Below the pieces are notes generated by a model. That model made no database searches. It saw nothing but the letters and a program-made list of their open reading frames with translations, and was not told where the DNA came from. A DNA stretch of 64,000 nucleotides, taken from NCBI GenBank assembly GCA_963841565.1, contig CAWJCY010000013.1, positions 32,001 through 96,000 of the forward strand. The letters run 5' to 3'. Origin of the DNA: an uncultured Nitrososphaerales archaeon (GTDB lineage Archaea; Thermoproteota; Nitrososphaeria; Nitrososphaerales; Nitrososphaeraceae). Positions 56,741-64,000 of this stretch are shown one piece after another (within the stretch, counting starts at the first letter, position 1; every line of letters begins with the position of its first letter). Made by a program: the position numbers and the translations under genes.

Positions 56741-57415
56741 CTATTTGTGGATCAATCTACCATGGTATGTGAGATGCTCCTCAATACTCTTATTGGACCT
56801 AAGGGAATGATCGTGACCTACCATTATATGCTGACAGACCGAATTCCCATCATACTGTAGTATCACTCCAGTTTCCTTGTTCCTGATGGTATGCAGGTTA
56901 TCCACATATTCCAAACATCCAGGTCTGTAGAATAGTTTGGGTAAATTTTGAACGTCACCATCAACATCTAAAATATTCTCTTCATTCTTGTCCAGATTGC
57001 GTCTTATAGTAGGGAGGCAATACCCATGCGCTTGTGTAACGCTGGTATTAATCTTGTGAAGGAGATCCAAATGGAACAGATCCCAATTTGTAGCTGTGGG
57101 TAAAATGTATTCATCAGAATCTAAGACGATTAGTACATCAATGCCGAGCTTTCTGCATTCATCAAAATACTTTTGTCGCTTCTCCATTTCCACTAATCCA
57201 CTTGTTGCTAGATATCTTACGGGATATTGGAAGCTCTTGACAAGATCTAGGCATTGTTGATCTGAAAGCTCTCCTTCCGCCGGGTATTCCTTAAACTTGC
57301 CATCTACGGCAATTAGATAGTCTAATGGATAAGTCTGGAGTGAGTAAAGGCAGCGAGTTAACGAATGTACATCTTGATAGAAACACAGTCCTATTCCTAT
57401 CGATAAATTATTCAT
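56741..57415 (-). CDS. GT-A fold (GT2-like) glycosyltransferase
   Basis: LTRCLYSL, IAVDG, EKRQ, LIVLDSDE DxD motif. Confidence 0.7.
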   Translation of the reverse strand: MNNLSIGIGLCFYQDVHSLTRCLYSLQTYPLDYLIAVDGKFKEYPAEGELSDQQCLDLVKSFQYPVRYLATSGLVEMEKRQKYFDECRKLGIDVLIVLDSDEYILPTATNWDLFHLDLLHKINTSVTQAHGYCLPTIRRNLDKNEENILDVDGDVQNLPKLFYRPGCLEYVDNLHTIRNKETGVILQYDGNSVCQHIMVGHDHSLRSNKSIEEHLTYHGRLIHK

Positions 57416-58360
57416 ATGTCGAATGCCACCTACAATTTGGGAAATTTTCCATTTACAATGGAATGATATAAGTGTTTGTAATACTTAAACGGATCCAGAT
57501 GATATGCTCATCCAACCACTAAGAGGCACTAAATGTAATCTTTCATGTCACGCGACCAGACCACTTAGGCCCAACTAATTTTTACCAATTATGTTGATTT
57601 TTTCTAATGAGCGAATGGATCATTTCGTCGGATTGCCAATCCTGTCTTAAATTTCCTATTTGTTCGTGTTCCCTTGGTATTTGAGCGAGGACATGTTAGT
57701 TCTTTTACTAATTAATGAAGTAGCTCCTAATATTAGTTGATGACCTGCCTATTGATTAGACCTATTTTCCTTCACGAATATGTTGTGGGCTAGAGTATCC
57801 TGCGTCTCTATTCAGGTAGTAGGATTTCGAGGAGCACTAGTACCCGAGATAATCGAAATTAAATTCGTATTGGAGAATGTCCCTGAGTATGGTGAGATGA
57901 TCTGTCTTGAAACATTCAAACTAGATTTGTAAAATTCTATTTCTAGATCATAGTATCTGACGTCATCAAGAGTAGCAGAATCATTTAGTATTAAAAGAAT
58001 CCTCACTACCAGCTATGAATAAACTTCATAAGTGCAACACCAATAATAGCAAAAGTTATAGTGCCACAATTAGGATAGGCGAAGACAAATTTGGTCTGTT
58101 AAGAACACTCACTAATTCAAATAATGGAATCGATCTTACCTAAAATCGGTCTTTTGATTAGTATATATTCAGAGTAAATCCATTTATCCAAAATCCCAAC
58201 TATTAGCTAGCTTTTGCTTTCAAGCGTATCTACTTGACAAGCGCTAGGTTGCACTAGATGGAGCATCAGTCAATGAAGGATACAATAATGAATCGTAACA
58301 ATGTACCATATGTGTTGTTAGAAAGACTCAAATAATATGGTATGAAGCCAAAAATTGTAG

Positions 58361-59407
58361 ATGACATCAAGTTCAATCCACTCCTTTAATCTAGACACCA
58401 CAGAGCCCCAAGCCGTTTGCAAAGGCGGTAACAGAACAATAGTCAGTAGTGATAACTTCCCAGTCCTCAAGGGGATGGCATTGTATCTGTTGCGTTTGGA
58501 AAAAGGTGGCATACGTGAGCCCCACTGGCATCCTAATGCAGCAGAATTGAGTTACTGTGTCAGAGGGAAGGCGATTATGACAATATTTGGCCCCGATGCT
58601 TCCGTTGACACTTTTACTGTAGATCGAGGAGAGATTGTATTTGTGCCACGTGGCTATATCCACCATATTGAAAATATAGGATTGGAGGAAGCAAAGTTCG
58701 TGCTTGCATTTAACCACGAGAAACCCGAAGATCTAGGGATTACCGGTTCGCTTGGCTCCATGCCCAATAGGATCCTTGATAAGACGTTTAACCAACATTC
58801 AAATTTTTTCAGTCAGTTTAATTATGGATCCTCCAAGGATATCTTGATCGGATCTAGACAGGATTTACAGTTATCAACGGAGGCCAGGGATGAGCTTAGT
58901 CGAAGGATCCCAAATAACCACAAATTTAATCTCGATGGGATTCCGCCTCAAATTCAGAATGGAGGCGGTACAGTTTCTTTGGGCAATGCTAGTAATTTTT
59001 CCATCCTAAGCGGCCTTGCTTGCTATTCTCTATTTCTTAGGCCCGGCGGGATTAGAGAACCACATTGGCACCCTAACGCAGCTGAATTAGACTATGTGGT
59101 TGAAGGTATAGCAAAAATGGTAATTCTAAGTCCAGGCGGGAATGTTGATTCATTTGAAGTAAAAGCAGGAGAAATCGTGTTTATTCCTTCTGGATACCTT
59201 CACTATATAGAAAACGCTGATGCAGAAAAAATGACTCAGTTTGTGGTATTCTTTGGCCATGAACGACCAGAAGACATAGGCATTTCTGGATCCCTGAGCG
59301 CATATTCAAATGAGGTTTTGGCCGCCATAATAGGTACCGATCCAAAAATTTTTGATTCACTTACTAGGCATGATGAAGATGTTTTTATCGTATCAGGGGG
59401 TGCCTAA
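58361..59407 (+). CDS. oxalate decarboxylase-like bicupin
   Basis: two copies of GGIREPHWHPNAAEL and P.GY.H.IEN metal-binding motifs. Confidence 0.85.
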   Translation: MTSSSIHSFNLDTTEPQAVCKGGNRTIVSSDNFPVLKGMALYLLRLEKGGIREPHWHPNAAELSYCVRGKAIMTIFGPDASVDTFTVDRGEIVFVPRGYIHHIENIGLEEAKFVLAFNHEKPEDLGITGSLGSMPNRILDKTFNQHSNFFSQFNYGSSKDILIGSRQDLQLSTEARDELSRRIPNNHKFNLDGIPPQIQNGGGTVSLGNASNFSILSGLACYSLFLRPGGIREPHWHPNAAELDYVVEGIAKMVILSPGGNVDSFEVKAGEIVFIPSGYLHYIENADAEKMTQFVVFFGHERPEDIGISGSLSAYSNEVLAAIIGTDPKIFDSLTRHDEDVFIVSGGA

Positions 59408-60225
59408 GAATTATGTATGTTATTTCAGATAAGTCATTGTAAACATCGGATAAATCATGTCGTGACAAACTCTACTTTAATTGACCCTTGAACAGATCAT
59501 GTCAGCTAAATTATCTGGTCACATTGCATTGTTTTTCAGATTATAACAAGACCCTTAATAGAAATAATTACAGAGTATGGAAAGTCGTTGATTCAGAAGG
59601 GACCGTTATCTAATAGGTATGTATTCTTGCTATGGAAATTCTGCCGATCACGGTCTAAATAATTTAAAGGATGGAATATAGTTCTTAGCTAGTTAATGGC
59701 TTTGTATCATCGTATTTCGTATCTATATTTAGTGCTGATGCCAGCCTTTCTCCAAGTACGTCTGAGATGAATTATTGGGAGATAATCTATCGAATTTCTG
59801 GCTCAACACTGCCTGGTAACTTGTGATTGATTCGTTGTCATCTTAATGAATATGCTTATTGCCGAATAGAAGGGGTATTGTCTTAGTTCGCAAGTCGGTA
59901 CTAGAGATTATTCAGAATCTTTTGAATTTGATTAGTGATAATACGAATATTCTGGAAGGTATAAAGCAGATGGACGCATGCATAAGTAGTGAAGATGAAG
60001 GGAAGGCGGTATTACGGCTGTCATGATACTATAACAGCACTGTAGTTCCATTCTTAATGCCTTCCCTTCATGTCTTACAAAAAGGGACTGTCGAGCAGTT
60101 CAGTGAAGCTAGATATGATCTTTTTTAATTCATCTATTAATTGTACTAGCAGTCAGTTCCATTCAATAATTTAAAAAAATAGTGAAGGTTGAATGCACCA
60201 ATTATTGGGTTCAGTACAATTAATA

Positions 60226-60243
60226 CATCCATATATATAATAC
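60226..60243 (+). promoter_or_regulatory. conserved promoter element CATCCATATATATAATAC of beta-helix copy 3
   Basis: identical to the copy-2 element; 27 nt upstream of the ATG. Confidence 0.75.
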
Positions 60244-60270
60244 GGATACTACAGATATTTTGATTTCGGA

Positions 60271-61149
60271 ATGGAACTAGAAAGGAAACGAAGTATTCTA
60301 TCTATAGCAGGAAGCGGGCTAGCATTGCTAACTTTATTGACTTTGAGTAGTGTGACGATGAGCGTTATGTCAGCAACAGCACAGCAACAAGAGCAAGGTA
60401 GCATGACCACAGGAGCTGATGAATTGTCATTTACTTCACTCTCTGAGCAACAGGCAGTAGCTTCACAGACACAGGAACCATCAACTAACGCAGCATGTGG
60501 ACAAGTCGTAAGCGGAGTAGTAAATCTAACTGCAAATCTTAACTGCAGTGGAGATGGTATCATAGTAGGTGATCCAAACACAGTAATTAACATGAATGGA
60601 TTCTCAATCACAGGACCTGGACAGGACAGCTCTAAAGTTGGAATTATGGTACCAAATGTTGATAATGTAGTAGTAAATGGACCTGGTTCAATAAGCAACT
60701 TCCAAGCAGGAGTACTTCTTACTGGAGCAACTGGATTTGCGATTAATTCTGTCATACTATCTAACAACCAGATAGGTACATTTATGACAGGAGCTGAAAA
60801 TGCACAAGTACAACAAAACATCATACAAGGTAATAGTATAGGTGTAGCATCTCACTCAAGTACAGGTGCTGCTATAGACTCAAACCTTATGAATGGAAAC
60901 TTGCTAGCAGGAATAACATTTGTCAACTCACAACAGTCAAGTATAGCAATGAACAATGTAGTTGGAAGTCAGAATGGAGTATTTCTTGATGGACAGAGCA
61001 TACAGAATACAATATCAGCCAATAACGTACTTGAGAATGTAATTGACCTTAACAATGCAAACGGACTACCAATAAACATCAATGCAAATCAGTATGTAGA
61101 CAACAGCTGTGAGACAAGTAATCCAAGTGGTCTGTGTATAGGAAGGTAG
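60271..61149 (+). CDS. secreted right-handed parallel beta-helix protein, copy 3 (intact, longer N-terminal linker)
   Basis: core 60479..61149 is nearly identical to copies 1 and 2 in inverted orientation. Confidence 0.9.
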   Translation: MELERKRSILSIAGSGLALLTLLTLSSVTMSVMSATAQQQEQGSMTTGADELSFTSLSEQQAVASQTQEPSTNAACGQVVSGVVNLTANLNCSGDGIIVGDPNTVINMNGFSITGPGQDSSKVGIMVPNVDNVVVNGPGSISNFQAGVLLTGATGFAINSVILSNNQIGTFMTGAENAQVQQNIIQGNSIGVASHSSTGAAIDSNLMNGNLLAGITFVNSQQSSIAMNNVVGSQNGVFLDGQSIQNTISANNVLENVIDLNNANGLPININANQYVDNSCETSNPSGLCIGR

Positions 61150-61158
61150 TAAAGTACA

Positions 61159-61193
61159 GGAGAGCAAAGAGCCTCCACTTCTTTAATTTTTTA
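61159..61193 (+). terminator. putative terminator after beta-helix copy 3
   Basis: GGAG...CTCC short stem followed by T-rich TTCTTTAATTTTTT. Confidence 0.4.
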
Positions 61194-61666
61194 TCAACTC
61201 GATAAGAACTGATGTTAAAAAAGATTAGTGATAGAAGAGAATCTGACCAATCATCATTGGATTAAATAATTCACTTAGAACATATTTGAAAATAATCATT
61301 GGGTAAAAGGGTACTAAGGATCAAATAATCTTCTGCTTTTAATTGTAACTTTTGTTTTGTTGTCATTGTCCAAAGGTGAATGTTTGAAAACGAAATCTGC
61401 TTTTTGAACGAAGTGAGTGATATGAATTTGATCTTACGACTGACATGTTTTACCCCTCAAAAACGTAACGGTATGAGAGCAAATAGTTGAGCGTCATCAA
61501 GGAACCCTCATCTCGTCAGGTAGTAAATAGTGCAAAGCTAAAAGGACGTAGAAAAGAGAAAGTACTATAAATAATGCTCAAATTGAAGCAAGAATACAAT
61601 TTTTGATGACCAGGTAGAGTTCAAATTTGATTAATAGATGAATATTTTTTCCCGAAGTCGTAAGCC

Positions 61667-62981
61667 CTAGTTACACAAGATGCTAGGAGCTGTAACAACC
61701 ATACCATACTTCTCATCAACAAGTCGGGCTAGCTTTTGTGGAAAGTTTTGTTTATGCCGCGAATTCGAGTTGTGTGAGTAGCTTAATCCATTTAGCATCA
61801 TTTCGAAGCTGCCAACAATGATTAGCTTTTCCTTGGAACGAGAAATCGCTACGTTCAGGTCTTGTAGCGAACCAAGTGCGCCGACCAATCTTTCTGGATT
61901 GTTTCGGACTAAGGAGAAAATTACAATATCTGCTTGTGTGCCCAGCGCACCAGTCGTTGTCAAGACTCTAGTCTCAATGTCAAGATGCTGAAGATATTTT
62001 GATATCGTCCGTCTTTGTTCTGTATATCGTGTCACTATAGAGATCGACTTTGAGGGAGCTACTCTTTTGATTTCACAACAGATCCGAACACAGGCTTTCG
62101 CTTCTACTTCATTATACCATGAGCTAGGTCCTCCCATCTCTTCGTTGCCATTCAGATTAACCCAAGTAATAACTTCTTCTGGATTAAGAATTTCCTTATA
62201 ATTCTTATCAATAGCATATTCCGCTCCAAACCTCCTACTTGCTATTTCAGGGGCCGAATTCAAACCACCATAATCAGCAAATTCATCCACTAACATTGCT
62301 AGCCTATCAGGGAGTCGATGGGTAGTAAAGAGTGTGTCATACTTCGCACATTTAAGTACCCATTCCATTGCACTAAGATCATAGTCTGCTAGCCCTATAG
62401 GTCTTGATTGTTTGGGATCGCCCACAACAGTAGCTATGATTCCACACTTAGATGCAAGTTCGATTATATTGTTGGTTTCATAAGAAATATTTTCCTTCAT
62501 AAGATGAATACCTAACTGATTGATTCCAAGAGCAAAAGGAGACAAAAGATGTTCCAGTCTTTCAATACCTGCTTCATCAATGATCATATTTTCAAATTTT
62601 ATCGAGGTGGACAGTCGTTTGAGCGATTGGGTTGTGCAAATCACGATTTTTTTCGCTCTGACGAATTCAATGTTATTGCTAAAAGGTATGGGGAGTCTAG
62701 GATCAGCTCCAGGCGCGTATCCACTTCTGACGCATAAGAATTTTGATCCTTCAGGACCTAAAACTATACTCAATTCCCTTGCGAATTCGTTGGCTGCCGA
62801 ATTGGTAAAGGCTACCAAGAGCATATTCTTGGCATATCCTTCGCAAATCATTTTAACTGCAAGAAAGTCTACCCGTAGTCGTCTTTCCACATCCTGCTGG
62901 TCCGATTACGCCCGCCACTCCTCCTGATTTGACACGCCAGTTCAATATTCTAGATTGATCTGGATTGAGTTTTATCGTCAT
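61667..62981 (-). CDS. SF1B (Upf1/Dna2-like) helicase, 1-nt insertion near 62868
   Basis: ATG 62981 gives MTIKLNPDQ (Q motif) and GPAGCGKTT (Walker A), then joins ORF 61667..62890: AFTNSAAN, IIDEAG, VGDPKQ, NEVEA, LNVAISRSK. Confidence 0.88.
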
Positions 62982-64000
62982 ACCAAAAGCTCCGGCGGAA
63001 TAAGCATCTCAGCGGCTAATTTGTGAAATTGATGAATAGGTCGAAGCATGCTTCGGGTAAGGTTGAGCTCATCCCTAAGTAGGATTAAAGGAAAATGAAA
63101 TAGTTGCCTCTTAGCCCTTTGTACGGCGATCTTAGATCTAAAGCTAAGTGTGATTTTACTATTCCTGACCTCCATCACGCTAGCCTGCTCATTGATACAA
63201 GAAAGAAGTGACTTACTTGGTTCCATTCCTATTATTCTTACAATCCTACGTGGCTCAAGCGGAATGTTATCGTCAGTCCTCGAAAGTATAACTTTTTCAT
63301 CAATATTAAAATCATAAGAGTACCCTCTAGATAGTATGCCGATTTTCTCCAGCCTACGTAAGGCTTCTTCCTCTCCATGCTTGCTTATCTGCGTATAAAC
63401 CACATGTTTGTGTAGGTGTGTTTCTGCTCTCTCCTTCAGGATCGCATAGCGTTTAGCAAAAAATTGCTTTGTCACTTTTTCATACTGAGCAGGTAACTTG
63501 CCTTCATACGCTAATCTAGCATCGCGTTGGTAGAAAAGACATTCTTTACTCCCCTCTAGGCCTTTATCGCAGACAGGACAGAATTTTGGTCTCTGAACGC
63601 GAACCCTTTCCCCACAAAGGACCATGTGAGCAAATTGTCTATTGGTCTTAATTCTTTCTACTTCCTTCACGATTGTTTCTGTTTTAGGGAAGTACACCCC
63701 ACTGTTGTGTACTATGCATGAAAAATTGTGCCCACTCCAATCGTCTTCGCTGCGACGGTATCTAAAATTTGCAAGTAGAGTATTGGCAATGAGTTGCCAT
63801 TTCTCTCGGCCACTTACAGTATTGCTAAGTTCGTAACTTTTCCAATCTAGCAAACCATATCCACTAGAATACTCTAAAAGTGCGTCGATCCTACCTTCGT
63901 GATGGTCCTTGATATTTGTAATTGTAACTTCTGTTAGGACTCTTGAAGGTCTTTCATGATTCTTCATCAACCTCCGGGTCATTCCTACGACAAGACCATT
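62978..64000 (-). CDS. PD-(D/E)XK nuclease, Cas4/RecB/Dna2-like, 5'-partial
   Basis: E...EGRIDAL...LLDWKS...WQL; CPVC-x8-C cluster; frame is open to the window edge. Confidence 0.8.
   Translation of the reverse strand, partial: NGLVVGMTRRLMKNHERPSRVLTEVTITNIKDHHEGRIDALLEYSSGYGLLDWKSYELSNTVSGREKWQLIANTLLANFRYRRSEDDWSGHNFSCIVHNSGVYFPKTETIVKEVERIKTNRQFAHMVLCGERVRVQRPKFCPVCDKGLEGSKECLFYQRDARLAYEGKLPAQYEKVTKQFFAKRYAILKERAETHLHKHVVYTQISKHGEEEALRRLEKIGILSRGYSYDFNIDEKVILSRTDDNIPLEPRRIVRIIGMEPSKSLLSCINEQASVMEVRNSKITLSFRSKIAVQRAKRQLFHFPLILLRDELNLTRSMLRPIHQFHKLAAEMLIPPELLV

Noticed and set aside
5825-61149. Diversity-generating retroelement (template/variable repeats) as the explanation for the beta-helix copies
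   Set aside because: No reverse transcriptase in the window; differences are few, not adenine-specific, and spread across whole-gene copies.
62978-64000. CRISPR-associated cas4 locus
   Set aside because: No array, cas1 or cas2 in the window; the nuclease has a long C-terminal extension and is coupled to an SF1B helicase.
1-64000. tRNA, rRNA, RNase P or SRP RNA genes
   Set aside because: No cloverleaf, T-loop GTTCGAATC context or conserved rRNA/RNase P motifs recognised by eye; tRNAscan-SE and Infernal would be decisive.

Overview
AT-rich, gene-sparse archaeal window. The gene set (DUF6659-like, DUF1059, small parvulin, PAC2, F420-dependent PPOX, C2H2 microproteins, frequent TTG starts, TATA-type promoters) suggests a soil ammonia-oxidising archaeon (Nitrososphaeraceae); this is inference, as no marker gene is present. 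It holds about 55 mostly monocistronic genes for secreted, stress and signalling functions, with long intergenic tracts. I saw no rRNA, tRNA, CRISPR array, transposase or integrase. Many intact-looking genes carry single-base indels, probably read or assembly errors. Highlights: (1) three dispersed copies of a secreted right-handed beta-helix gene with about 98-99% identical cores, divergent signal peptides and a shared promoter motif, suggesting gene conversion; (2) a coupled Cas4/RecB-like nuclease plus SF1B helicase pair resembling a split Dna2 at the right edge; (3) xpb and bax1 (DUF790) about 42 kb apart, in an arrangement one inversion would rejoin; (4) an orphan solute-binding protein coupled to a sensor kinase; (5) unannotated Zn-binding microproteins and candidate structured RNAs. 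All family calls come from motif recognition by eye, not database searches.
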